Origin: Stegostoma tigrinum
Lineage: Eukaryota
Assembly (NCBI RefSeq): GCF_030684315.1
Contig: NC_081359.1
Span: 12,176,127-12,240,126 of the forward strand
Direction of reading: 5' to 3'
DNA length: 64,000 nt
The notes below the pieces were generated by a model. The model had not been told where the DNA came from and did no database searches. It saw only the letters and a list, made by a program, of their open reading frames with translations. Below are positions 38,455-50,981 of the stretch, piece after piece; the stretch's first letter is position 1, and each line of letters begins with the position of its first letter. A program made the position numbers and the translations under genes.

Positions 38455-39623
38455 CAGTGTCCCAGTGCAGAGCAAGGATACCAGCCCAGTGCAGAACGGG
38501 GAGAACAGCCCACTGCAGAGCAAGGATAACAGCCCAGTGTGGAGCCGGGATAACAGCCCAGTGCAGAGCGGGGATGCCAGCCCACTGCAGAGCAAGGATA
38601 ACAGCCAAGTGAAGAGCAGGGATCACAGCCCAGTGCGGAGCGGGGATAACAGCCCAGTGCGGAGCGGGGATGACAGCCCAGTGCGGAGCGGGGATAACAG
38701 CCCAGTGCGGAGCGGGGATGACAGCCCAGTGCAGAGCAGGGATAACAGACAAGTGAAGAGCAGGGATCACAGACCAGTGCGGAGCGGGGATAACAGCCCA
38801 GTGCGGAGCGGGGATAACAGCCCAGTGCGGAAGGAGATAACAGCCCAGTCCGGAGCAGGGATCACAGCCCAGTCCGGAGCAGGGATCACAGCCCAGTGCG
38901 GAGCGGGGATAACAGCCCAGTGCAGAGCAGGGATAACAGCCCAGTGCAGAGCGGGGATAACAGCCCAGCGCAGAGCAGGGATAACAGCCCAGTGCGGAAG
39001 GAGATAACAGCCCAGTCCGGAGCAGGGATCACAGCCCAGTCCGGAGCAGGGATCACAGCCCAGTGCGGAGCGGGGATAACAGCCCAGTGCAGAGCAGGGA
39101 TCACAGCCCAGTCCGGAGCAGGGATCACAGCCCAGTGCGGAGCGGGGATAACAGCCCAGTGCAGAGCAGGGATCACAGCCCAGTGCGGAGCGGGGATAAC
39201 AGCCCAGTGCAGAGCAGGGATAACAGCACAGTGCGGAGCGGGGATAACAGCCCAGTGCAGAGCGGGGATAACAGCCCAGTGCAGAGCAGGGATCACAGCC
39301 CAGTGCGGAGCAGGGATAACAGCCCAGTGCAGAGCAGGGATAACAGCACAGTGCGGAGCGGGGATAACAGCCCAGTGCAGAGCGGGGATAACAGCCCAGT
39401 GCAGAGCAGGGATCACAGCCCAGTGCGGAGCAGGGATAACAGCCCAGTGCAGAGCGGGGATAACAGCACAGTGCAGAGCAGGGATAACAGCCCAGTGCAG
39501 AGCAGGGATAACAGCACAGTGCGGAGCGGGGATAACAGCCCAGTGCAGAGTGGGGATAACAGCACAGTGCGGAGCGGGGATAACAGCCCAGTGCGGAGCG
39601 GGGATAACAGCACAGTGCAGAGC
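38455..39623. repeat. 24-bp GC-rich minisatellite, ~48 copies, consensus GGATAACAGCCCAGTGCRGAGCRG
   Basis: Directly visible. Two 23-bp units (at ~38831 and ~38998); higher-order blocks of 144 and 167 bp. Confidence 0.97.
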
Positions 39624-39807
39624 GTGGTGGTAGCCAGCATCCAGACCACCTGGATGGCCCTTGCGTTGGCCTGCTGCAGAGAGCTTTTGCAGAGAGTCTG
39701 TGATGTTTGCCTTTTTAACTTTGCTTCTTGTTGTTTTCTATGCTATATAGTTATACCGTGTATAGCTGTATTGTAACTTTTTTCTTAATTTCTCTTTTCT
39801 TTAAAAG

Positions 39808-40190
39808 GGGAAGTAATGGGTTGTGTGGCATTATCGCTGGACTGTGAACCCAGAGACCCAAATAATGTTCTGGGGACCCGGGTTCAAATCCAACCATGGC
39901 AGATGGTGGAATTTTAACTCAATTTTTTAAAAATCCTGTAATTATGATTTTAGACAATCGATTGTCACAAAATCCCACTGGTTCACTAAAATCCTTGAGG
40001 GAAGGAAACTGCCATCCTTACCTGGTCTGGCCTACATGTGACTCCAGATCCACAGCAATGTGGTTGACTCTGAACTTCTCTTTGTAGCTGGCCAGTGTGG
40101 CTACTCCTTAACTGGCAACTAGACAACTAGGAAAAGTCAATGAATGCTGGCCTAGCGGATGACATGCATATCCCATGGAAGAAAAAGAGA
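39808..40190 (+). mobile_element. tRNA-derived SINE with L2-type tail (SacSINE1/DeuSINE-like)
   Basis: B-box ggttcaaatcc (~39881), core ggttcactaa..agggaaggaaactgccatccttacctggtctggcctacatgtgactccag and tail aatgctggcctag. A second partial copy is at 48770-48995. Confidence 0.7.
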
Positions 40191-40483
40191 AAATATTCCA
40201 GACCATAATGACCTGCAATGAGGAATTTTATTCTGTGTCACAAAGTACTTAAAATGGATAGACAAGGTAGGTGCAAGTAAAATATTTCCCTGTTGAGACA
40301 ATTATGGATAGACAATGAATACTGCCTAGCCCGCGACATCCTCATCCCATAAATGAATATAGAAAAAAAAACCTAGGGATTGTAGCAGGGTACAGTTGCA
40401 CCAAAGATGATGTTGCAAGTGGTGATGTATAAACTTTTCACTGTGCTCATTTGAGTACATGTGACAATAAAGTCAATTCAATT

Positions 40484-40985
40484 CCTTACTTAACAAAAGA
40501 AATACTTTCCATAGAGGGAGGGCAGCAAAGGTTCACTCTCCTGACTCCTGGGATCACAGTTGTTGTATGAAGAGAGATTGTGTTGACTGGGCTAGTGTTC
40601 ACTGGAATTTAAAAGAATGAGAGAGGATCTCATTAAAGCACTAACATTTCTGACAGGGCTGGACAGATTGAGTGCAGGGATAATGTTTCCGATGTCCGGG
40701 AGGGCCCAGGGCAAAAGGTTTTGGATTCAAAATAAAGATGCAGATCGAGGTGAGGAAATGTTTCTTCTCTCTGAGGATGGTTTGTCAATGGAATTCTTTA
40801 CCACGAATGGTTGTTGAGGCCGAGTCACTGTAGATATTTCAGAAAGAAATAGATTGCTAAAGGTGTCATGGGTAGTGGGGGAAAGCAGCACTGTAGCATT
40901 GTGATTGAGGAGAAGTGTGATCGTGTTGAATTGTTAGGTGGGTTTGATGGGCTGAATGGTCTCCTCCTGCTCCTATTTTCTATGA
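40484..40985 (+). mobile_element. CR1 fragment (3' half)
   Basis: YLTKEILSIEGGQQRFT; MREDLIKALTFLTGLDR; tail gggctgaatggtctcctcctgctcctat. Confidence 0.85.
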
Positions 40986-42544
40986 CAGTCGATTGATGCC
41001 CTGAAAAAAACTTCAACGAAAGGAGCCAGATTTCATATGAAATATATCTGTTTTTTCACAGTGGTTGATAAATATTCATGATGAAAAGAATATTATTTAT
41101 TTGCCTTGAGTCAACATAATACCTGCAGGGCATTTCTTTGATATTTTTAAAATGCCTGTTTCATGATTTAAAGCTCCAGAGAATCCCAAATGTTGCATTA
41201 TTTAAACATTACATTTTACCTGAAGCAGTGAAGAACATTAGTTTCGTTTTCTGTGCTTGATTCAAGATCTAATATCTTGGTTGCATTTTAATAGAATCAA
41301 TACGATGTAATGCTATTTATAAGCAAGTGCTTGAGGGGATAAAGTATGTTGAGGTGAGGACTATTGCATCTCTCAAACTGTGCTGCTCTGAAAGTTGTTT
41401 TTATTGAAGATAATAGCTCTTTGCTTTACTTGGCAGCAGTGTTTCCTCTGAGTTGGCATTCAAGGTTCGCTTCCTGACCCGAACACCCAATCCAGAAGAC
41501 TATCAAATGAACTGTGAAGCCAAGGCTCTATCTGCTAAGGGGCTTCACAATCTTTGTTCCATGGTGGCAGATGAGGTGATCTCCAACTGGACTGGGTGGT
41601 CACCCAATCGGTGTGCTCTGAATGTCACATGGCCCTGAAGTTTTACATATCCAGCTCATTCCTGCAGATATGTGTGACCTGTCTTGTCCCAAACATCCCC
41701 CCAATCACTGCATCAAGGCGGCGATCACTATAATCTTCAAAAGGGCCTGAAAATGGATACAACACTGAATTAACATGGATAGACAGGTCATGAGAGCAGT
41801 GATGAAGAGATGGGTCGAAGGAAGGAAGTAGTGAAAGCAACCACTAAGATCAGGATGCTGAAGGTGAGAAACAGTGCTTAAGATGTCAGAAGTGGAATAG
41901 TAGCATTAAGTAGGAAATGTTAGTAAATTAGTAAGAGATCATAAAGACATTTTAGGCCGGTTAGGTAACCCTATTGCATACATCAATAGATTTTCAATGC
42001 ACCATTTAAAGGTCAGGAATGTAATACACTCTGTTGTGCTTCGTTATGGAAAAATGATCTTAATTTGGCACACTTTCATTGAACATTCCACTTTTAAGGG
42101 CACATCAGGAATGCTAAATGAGCCGTAGGTACACTTTCTTCCTGTTTATTTGGTTATCTATGAATCAGCAAATGCTTTTTACAGTATGCTGCCCAAAATT
42201 TTGCAACTCGTTTTGTTACGTACTAAAAAATGTCACAAGCTGTTTACTTTATTTTAACATGTACCAACTGAGAGCATAGTGAACGCAGAAAAAATATTAG
42301 CCGCACTATTTGTATCCAGTGATTATTAAACATGGCAACAAACTGTTTGCCCTAGTCTGAGCTTTCTCAATTATAATATTTTCACTTTATTAAGGACAAT
42401 GTGAAAAGGGAGAGGTAAGAGACCAGTTTCATTTGAGAACTTTTGTGTAGGCTTGGTGCAGAAGAGTCTGGAAGCCTGCTGTTTTCATCCATTCAATAGA
42501 TTGATAACTTTGACTCGAATTGCTGAAGGCTAACAGTTCAGTGC

Positions 42545-42730
42545 ATTATAAAAAAAAGCGGAGGAAGAAAGAAATGGGATGTTGCCTAAAGACAGGAGCC
42601 CAGTCACACTGAGAGGCAAAACAATTCAGAAAGTAGTCTATGTGCAAGTGTGAGCTAGAGAGTGGAAGCTCAATTGCTCAGCTCTCCAACGAGCAGGAAA
42701 CCGCTGAAATTGGTTCTTGGAACAGTAAGT
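42545..42730 (+). promoter_or_regulatory. Candidate TATA box plus short non-coding first exon
   Basis: TATAAAA at 42547-42553 and donor-like ACA|GTAAGT at 42725, in repeat-free CpG-retaining sequence. No transcript evidence. Confidence 0.25.
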
Positions 42731-43519
42731 TTGCTCTGAAGTTGGAGTGATAATGAATTTAGGTTGAAGTTTCTTTTAGATTTCTTGGGGAGGGATTCCA
42801 ACTGGAGGAATAATATCAAGTGAATGCTCAGAAATTTGCAAGAACAAAGCCAGTTCCAGCTATGCCAGCCTGAGAGTGGAAATAGTCGTGGCCCATCAAT
42901 GACATTTGAGCATTGAAAGGAACACGTTGGGATAAAAGGAGTAGATTGAAGGTGAACTTTTTTCCCCCTCTGGTGCTTATAAAGAAGTCTGCGCAATCTT
43001 TCTGTTTAGTGTAATATATTTCAATTTCTTTTCTTTTACCCAATAACTGCTTTAGTTTTTGTGCCAAAAGTATAATGTCAGTGTTTTGCGACATCTACAA
43101 TTTAGAAAAAACGAAATTAAAATCTAAAAAGCCAGGATTCACTCTGCAGCTGCAGACTGGGTGGGGGCCATAGTTTAAAGAAAGTTAGAAATGGCATGCA
43201 AATTGTATCACTGTCAACAACGCCGTCGTCTGATGCTTTGACATCATCAGATTAGTGATGTCCTGGTAAAGAGAGCGAAATAATTTGCAGCATTCATGTC
43301 GCTTTGCAACTAGGTAAGTCTACAAATGTGGCAAATGTGGTTTACATGTGGTATATTTAAAAAGGGTTAATAAAAGAGGACATTTTCTTTTACAAGCTAA
43401 TTCCTCATTGAACAACAGCTGAGGAGATTTTCTACTTGCTTGATAAGTTCATCACTGAAGATAGGATTTCATGCTTAAAATGTGTTGGACTTTGCACTGA
43501 CAGCGCAAATTCAGTGACA

Positions 43520-43740
43520 CATGCAGAGAATGAGCTGCCAGAGGAAGTGGTGGAGGCTGGTACAATTACAACACTTAGAAGGCATCTGGATGGGTATATG
43601 ATTAGGAAGGGTTTAGGGGGATATGGGCCACTTGCTGGCAAATGGGACTAAATTGATTTAGGAAATCTAGTCAGTGTGGATGAGTTGGACCAAATGGTCT
43701 GTTTCCGTGCTGTACAGCTCTACAACTTAATGACTATGGC
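43520..43740 (+). mobile_element. CR1/HER1 3' end
   Basis: NELPEEVVEAGTITTLRRHLDGYM..KGLGGYGP followed by the tail. Confidence 0.88.
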
Positions 43741-43959
43741 ATGGAGGCACGATGGATTGGTGACATACATTGTTTGGAGAAATGTATTTGTAAAGACACT
43801 ATACTGTCATGTACTGTCTGTTGTCATCTCTGATCCATTTACTGAACCTTTCTGCACTTCGGAGCACACATCCGCTTATCCTTTCAAGTGCAAGCAGTGT
43901 CCTTGCATCAACATTGCAAGGATAAGTGGACGTGTGCTCTAAAGGAGAACAGGCCCAAT

Positions 43960-44320
43960 CGCTCTACTCTTTCCTGCATCTAAAATCCCTCATTCCTGGT
44001 ATCGTTCTAGTAAAGCTCCTTTGAACTATCTCCAGGGCTTTAAAATGATTCCATAAATAAAGAGAACTAAACACCATGCTCCAAGTGTGGTCTGACCAAT
44101 GATTTGTAGACGGGTAGCAGTGTTTCCTTGCTTTTATACTATATGCCTCTATTTTTAAACTTGAGGATTCCATAAGCCTGGTTACCTTCAGAGAATCATT
44201 TACTTAAACCCTGCAGTCCCTCTGCTCCCATATTCCTCTCAATGTAGTGCGCTTGAGCCTATATTGTCTTTCCATTGACCAAAATGAAACATCTCACTTT
44301 TCATCTAAATAGATCACATT
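43960..44320 (-). mobile_element. CR1 fragment
   Basis: KALEIVQRSFTRTIPGMRDF. Confidence 0.7.
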
Positions 44321-45011
44321 CACTGGCTCTGCTCTATTTAACCTACTCTTTACCTTCAGAAACAATTCAGGTTTCTAATCTGTCATGACACTTGCTGAAC
44401 TGCACAATTCCAATGTTCTCCGGCTTGACCAAACATCTTTCACCCTCAATCATTTAGATGTAATTTAAGGGAGCAGTTGATGTGCTTAGTATACAGACAC
44501 TTAAGGAGAAGTTGGCCAAGCATGTGAGGAAGAAGGGAGAAGCTTGTTGAGATTGTAGATTTAAATGACGTGGAGAATTCCTTTTTTGTTTCATTGATTT
44601 GTGATTCAGGAACCAGCACATAGTCAATACTGTAGTATTCAGAGAGCGGATAGTTCCAAAGAAGATATGAATATTCTCTGATATTAGTTACATTAAATGC
44701 TGCCTAGGAAGAAGAGCAAGTTGTTGCAAAGTTTTCAGTATTTCACTCAAAATAGTTTAGGGAGGGACTGTTCTGAGCTCATAGTTACTTGGTGAAGAAG
44801 ACAGAGACAGAAGCAAGAAAGTAACTTTTGAGCTATAGTGTTGAACGGGAACTCGACTGCACTATTAGAGATTGCATTTGAGGTCAAGAGCGGTTGGATA
44901 TCTGCACTGTTAGAACTCAGGAGAATGTTCTGAGAGTTAGTTGGCAGCTTTATGTTGGAGCCAAAGCTCAGGAATTCTGGGGTTCTGAAGAAACCATGTG
45001 CCATTAATACT

Positions 45012-45110
45012 GAAAACCACAAATGCTGGAGATCACAGCAGGTCAACCTGCATCCATGGAGAGAGAGAGCAAGCTAAGTTTCAAGTCTAGATGACACTCC
45101 ATCAGAGCAG
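45012..45110 (-). mobile_element. PLE pLTR tip with decayed hammerhead
   Basis: Reverse complement gct-CTGATGG-agtgtcatctagactt-GAAAC-ttagc...gacctgctgtgatctccagcattt. Confidence 0.6.
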
Positions 45111-46029
45111 TTCAGTACAGCTGTGGGAAAGACTGAAGGAAGCCTGGAAACATGATTTGCTATGTGATACAGTGCTGTCTTGGTGAAACACAGAAAATAG
45201 GAGCAGAAGTAAACCTTTCGGCCCAGGGAGTCTGCTTTGCAGGTTGTCATGACGACTGCTGATCCTCTATCTCGATGTTCCTGCTCTCTCCCCTTACTCT
45301 TGAAATTTTTAATCTTCTGGAGATCTGGCTATTTGTCTATCATAGAAACAAATCTCATTCTTTAGTATACTCAGGCATAAAAAGAGGAATGATAGAAGGA
45401 GGTTTGAATGGAAGATAAATATCAACACGGACTGATGGGCTGAAGAGCCTGTGACCACCATTTTCCTATGTAATTGCATGAAGTTAGGGTACAAATGAGC
45501 CATTTAGAAATCAGCATTAACCCCTTTATAGTACAACCTATTTATGATGAAAATACATGCAGACATTTAATTGATGATCACTGAAGTTTATAATGATCCT
45601 CGGAGGGTAACAATGAGTGTGTCATGTTTCAGAGCCAACTGAGATGTGAAGTGAAGTTTTGAGCTTATCCAAGGTGGGGTTGACAGCGCGATAGTGACAA
45701 GCGAGCAAGAGGTAGTGGAAAGTGAAAAAGTGGGGTAGAAGGGTGGAAAGCACCGAAGAGGGAGGAAGTCAAAAGCAGTAGGATTGGATAAAAAGTAGGG
45801 GAACAGAAAGGAGAGAAGGGCACTGGAGACAGAGAACAGGGAAGAGAGAGGGTTGGGGTAGAAATAATGGGCTTGATCAGTGAATACAAATTGCAATGAG
45901 TGGTGACAGAGGAAGTTCAGATAAAGTAAGTACAACAATAATTAGAATAGTTTTGTCAAACTCATTAATAGTGGTTGTGCTGTTTAATATATTAATGCCT
46001 GCCTTACAAAGTCTGAATGACAACACTCA

Positions 46030-46680
46030 GAGACTTCTTCCTACTTCCTCCTAGATGATGACCCTCATGGAATATCAAACCATTGTTTCCAGGAAAGTCA
46101 CTAAGTCATATCCTCTGGAAATCTTCCCTCCACAGCTTTCCGATTCATCCTGAACAGCCCTGTCCTTCCCAAAGCCCACAAACAGGATTTCCTGGTCGTC
46201 TCATTGTTTCAGCCTACTCCGGTCTGAGTGAAGTAATTTCTTCCCACATCACGTCATTTGTCCAGTCTCTTCCTTCCTTAATTTTTGATTTTTCTGCTGC
46301 TGTATGTCATTTTCCAACAATCTTCAGTTTGCTGGCCTGAACCACTGCAAATATCTCTTCAGTTCCAACTTTCGCTGGCCCAAACAGTTCCTAGCCACCA
46401 TCAAATTCTTTACCTGGCTGAACTTGTTCTCATATCAAACAATTTCTCCTTTAACTTCCTCCAAATAAATGTAGCTATGGATACGCGCACGAGTCCTCAT
46501 TATGATTGAAGGGTATTTTCTGAAGCAGGGTCTAGACCCAAAATGTCAGCTTTCCTGCTCCTCTGATGCTGCTTGGCCTGCTGTGTTCCTCCAGCTCTAC
46601 ACCTTGTTAACTCTGTCTTTGTTATGACTGTCTTTTTAGTGGGGAATATGAAATGTTCCTTGTTTCATTGCTTTTTAGCA
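46030..46680 (+). mobile_element. Degraded PLE reverse transcriptase, interrupted by a family A pLTR tip (46509-46621)
   Basis: PGRLIVSAYSG..VQSLPS and LAELVLISNNFSFNFLQINVAMDTRTSPHY match PLE RT motifs (PGRPIVS, NNFSFN..GVAMGT..PSYA). Flanks ttatgattg/ttatgactg look like a TSD. Confidence 0.7.
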
Positions 46681-47074
46681 GAACATCAAGACACCCATGC
46701 AAAAACTCCTCTATCCACCCTAACTCTTATTTTCCAGTACCATTTTGAAATGGTGATAGCCACAGGAGATTCCCACACTGCCTGCCTATCTCTCCTACTT
46801 TAGTAGAGGTAACCCATCTACACAACTATCTGCAGTCATCCATCACACCCCAGGGTTCCTATAAATTGCTCATTGCCTCTAAGTGCCATTCGAACCGATC
46901 CATGTGATCTGATAGGATTCACAACCAAACATACCTTGTGCAGATATAGCCATTAAAATTTTCCCTAACTTCCCACATCCAGCAGGAAGAGCGCATCAGC
47001 CTGCTAGCAGCCAACTCTGCACTTTAATCTGCAGGCTCAGAAAATAGCACAGTCCTACTGCTCTAAAAACAATT

Positions 47075-47345
47075 TTAAGATGGGAGGCGAAAAATACAAA
47101 AGGGACCTAAAGGGGCAATTTTTTCACACAGAGAGTAGTGCATGTATGGAATGAGCTGCCAGAGGAGGAGGTGGATGTAGGCACAATTACAACATTTAAA
47201 AGGCACCTGGATGGGTATATGAAGAGGAAGAGCTTGGAGGAGTATGGGCCAAAAACTGGCAAATGGGACTAAATTGATGTAGGATATCTAGTCGGCATGG
47301 ACGGGTTGGATCACAGGATCTGTTTCTGTGCTGTACGTGTCTGTG
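47075..47345 (+). mobile_element. CR1/HER1 3' end
   Basis: tggaatgagctgccagaggagg...aaatgggactaaatt, as at 43520-43740. Confidence 0.85.
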
Positions 47346-48769
47346 GCAATGGCAGTACATCAATGATTACATCAGCTCTGTTACCAAGTCTCACTTGGAA
47401 ACAGAATTACAAATTTAAGGTAATTTCCCTCTGTCCGCATGTTGAAGATGTTGCCAGATCTTCACTGTATCTCCAGCATTTTCTGTATTCATCTCAGATT
47501 TCCAGCATCCAGAGTATTTAGCTTCTGCGTGATATAACCAGTAGGTAATTGTTGATCTCTGTGCTTTATCCAGAAATCAGCCTGACATTCTGCTGAATCA
47601 GCACATCGTTCTAATTTCCAGCATAGTGTTTGAGAAAAGTACATTGAAACAGGTTAGAAGCTTTATCTTATGTCAAATTTTATAAGATCCATCACTGCCA
47701 CAAGTACTTATTCATAAAATCAACTCGACAGCATGATCAGTGCATTCACTCATTCGGGACTAACTTCAATGAGGATATTTTGTGAACCTGTTGGACCACA
47801 TTGCTGTAGTAGGCTTATTCTTGGTTTGAGATGCTGCATTTACTATTTTGCACTGCTGTCAACAGCTATCCAAAACAATAGGTTTTCAAGGACATCTCTG
47901 GAATAGGCAACTCCCATCTGAACAATTCTAAGCCCTATTGATTGAAGTAGTGGCATTCACTGCCTGAAAGACAACAGTTAACAATTTCCCAGTCACAACA
48001 AAAGATTGTTATTCCTACAAATAACTTCCTTATATTTCACGTTAGAGTGGCTTTAAAGAAACAAGCTTTAGTTTGCATTCATAAATAACATTATTAATTT
48101 TATAGAATTATTCTGCAGTAATGCATTACATGGGGATCATGCAAAACAATGTCCTTCCTCTATGCAGTCCCAATCAAGCTGATTTGACTTGCTTTGCTTT
48201 TGTGGGTTAATGATAAGATGAAGAGATCTGCACCATCCTGGGAGCACTTTAACTTAAGATGGGGGCCGGTTCTATTCTTGTGTTTAGTATGCTAGACCGC
48301 ACATGTTCATGTCAGTCTCTTCGCCAAACTGATGCTGGGCTGAGCTGTTTACATAATATTCTAATTGTTACTGTTCTTCGCACCAACCTGAATGGGAGTT
48401 CTATACACACTGCCTTAATTGTTGCCTGTGATATAGCCTTGACTGATCGTTTAGGGATGTCCTGGCAAACAATCTTTCATCTAGGTATGGTTTTATAACA
48501 TCACTACTTTGTCTACATAGCCAAAATTCCAAAGCAAAGTGAAGTTATTCAATTGTTATCAGCTGAATTTTTGGTTGACTATTATTCCCACTGATTACAT
48601 TGAACACAAACTGCTGTTCCAATGAAGTTTATTATCAGCTGCATTACGTTTACTTCAACAGCATTTACTTTTTGACAAAATATCTGCACAGGGTGGGGAA
48701 CGGTGACTTTCCCAACTCTAACATGAGTATATGGTTGGCTGGTAAACCACATCTGGTAATAGACATCTG

Positions 48770-48995
48770 GAATTCAGAGTCTAATGATGACCATAAGTCC
48801 ATTGCCAATTGTTGGTAAAACACATCTGGTTCACTAATGCCCTTTAGGGAAGGAAACTGTCATCCTTACCTGGTCTGGCCTAGATGTGACTCCAGACCCA
48901 CAGCAAAGTGACTGATCCTTAACTGCCCTCTGGGCAATAATGGACAGGCAATAAATGATGGCCCAGACAGCGACGCCCTCCTCCTGTGAATGTAT
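48770..48995 (+). mobile_element. Partial SacSINE1/DeuSINE-like SINE
   Basis: Matches ~39950-40180. Confidence 0.7.
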
Positions 48996-49524
48996 GAAGC
49001 AAAAATCCACCCAGCAGCAATCTTATGGTGATTCGCCAGGAGCGTTTACAGTTCAGAATTTGGTCGTGGCTGTGTTAGGAAGACAATCAGGTCAGTGGGG
49101 AGGACAACCATGCATTCTGGGCCAAGGTAGGTCAGCGATATTGGATTGGGTTTGTTAGGAAGGGGGAGCAGGAGGCTGGCATGTCGATTTTGCAGTGCAG
49201 GTAGGGAGAAAGGAAATGGGAGCATGGCACTAACTGATTAGCAATGGCTCAGAGGTAGAAAGTGTACCCCCGAAGCTACCCCTCCACTCTTCCACCCTTC
49301 ATCCCATCGAACACACACTTCCAGATAAATCGACTCCCACAAGTTGAATTACCCCTTAATTACTTAATTGCATAATGTGGATGTGCCCTGCATGCACCCC
49401 CATATCATTGCTGTGATCTTGGGTGGGGTGGGTGAGAAAACAGTGAGATGGCCAACTGACCAATTTTACACATCCCATGGTAAAAACACAGCTGGCTGGT
49501 GAATGTTACATCCAGCCCATTATC

Positions 49525-49947
49525 TAACATTGTATTCATTAGAGTTTAGAAGGTTGAGGGGAGATCTAATAGAAACTTACAAGATAATGTATGGTTTAGA
49601 AAGGGTGGACGCTGGGAAGTTGTTTCCGTTAGGCGGGGAGACTGGGACCCGTGGACACAGCCTTAGAATTAGAAGGGGTAAACTTAAAACGGAAATGAGG
49701 AGGCATTTCTTCAGCCAGAGAGTGGTCGGCCTGTGGAATTCATTGCCACAGAGTGCAGTGGAGGCCAGGACTTTAAATGTCTTCAAGGCAGAGATTGATA
49801 AATTCTTGATCTCACAAGGTATCAAGGGCTACGGGGAGACTGCAGGGAAGTGGAGTTGAAATGCCCATCAGCCATGATTTAAATGGCAGAGTGGACTCGA
49901 TGGGCCGAATGGCCTTACTTCCACTCCTATGTCTTATGGTCTTATGG
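49525..49947 (+). mobile_element. Young CR1 3' end
   Basis: Stop-free LYSLEFRRLRGDLIETYKIM...FFSQRVVGLWNSLPQ...GKWS and a (tcttatgg)n tail. Confidence 0.93.
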
Positions 49948-50869
49948 CCTTAACAGCATTATAAATAAGGCAATCAGTCTAATTTCAACAGTTCTGCTGG
50001 AAGTCTACAGCACATTTCTGTTATTATTTGCTAAGCAGCTGGTCCTACTTCAAGCTTGTCAGCTTTACGCCAAATCCTTAGATCACATAATCTTTTCACA
50101 GGTACATTATGCACACCTTTCAGCATTTAGATCAAGCCTGCCTAGCTTATATTGCTAATAAATGATTCTGGGGTTAGTGAGGCTAATTCCGAAAGATTAA
50201 TCTCAAAATTATCTCTGTTCCTGTTTTAAACCTTTCAAATGCAAGAGCAGACATTTGAATTAACATGTCCAAAATGTCAGAAAATATCTTAGCATCATCA
50301 AATTGTGCTGTATAAAGTTCAGCCTGTTTTCTCTTGCTCTCTTCTTGATTAGATCATGTTTATTGGACATGAAATGTTAATATCATGGAACTAAACCATT
50401 TCTGCCATTGGCAGTAATTATCAGAATCAAGTATTCGAACATTTTCAAGTAATTTTACCCAAGCTGGCTTTACGTAGGCAGTGTCTAAGGTAAACAGTGA
50501 TCCATCTGCTCTCCTCTCAACTTGCATCATGAGGCCTGACTTGCCAGAACTTAGTGGCTCGCAGGTAGAGTGAGACTTTAGGTGGCAGGAGGTTGTAAAG
50601 AACTGGCTTGTAGCATTGAGGTAAGTGGTCAGGATGTCCGCAAAGGAGATCATTGTAACAGGAAGAAGAGGTGTCATTAGGCTTATAGGTTTCTCCCTTC
50701 AATACAATCATCAATTCTTCCACTGCATGCTTTAGATTGAATTGGAGAACTGACCAATAACTTCTAGCGTCCTACTTGAAACCAGCTGCAAAAGCATTCA
50801 GGCAAAACTCCTAAAAAATCAACCAGGATGGGCTGAACATTGCGCCCAGAAGACCAACAAGTGATTCTT

Positions 50870-50981
50870 TACTGAAGAGGTCAGCTTTCCTGCTCCTCTG
50901 ATGCTGCCTGGCCTGCTGTGTTCATCCAGCTCCACACTGTGTTAGCTCTGACTCCAGCATTGACAGTTCTTACTACCTCTC
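50870..50981 (+). mobile_element. PLE family A pLTR tip (hammerhead helix II deleted)
   Basis: ctgaaga-ggtcagctttcctgctcctctgatgctgcctggcctgctgtgttcatccagc. Confidence 0.75.

Larger units (their letters stand above)
38250..40483 (+). mobile_element. Composite non-autonomous retroelement-like insertion containing the minisatellite and a SINE
   Basis: Splits a CR1 between FWSP and YL. Ends cttttcactgtgctcatttgagtacatgtgacaataaagtcaattcaatt, a LINE-type 3' end with AATAAA and (tcaat)n. Confidence 0.5.

Noticed and set aside
38455-39623. CRISPR-like array or repetitive protein gene (ORFs of 237-255 aa)
   Set aside because: Units are contiguous with no unique spacers and there are no cas genes. 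The ORFs follow from a 24-nt unit, shift frame at 23-bp units, and lack a supported start or splice context.
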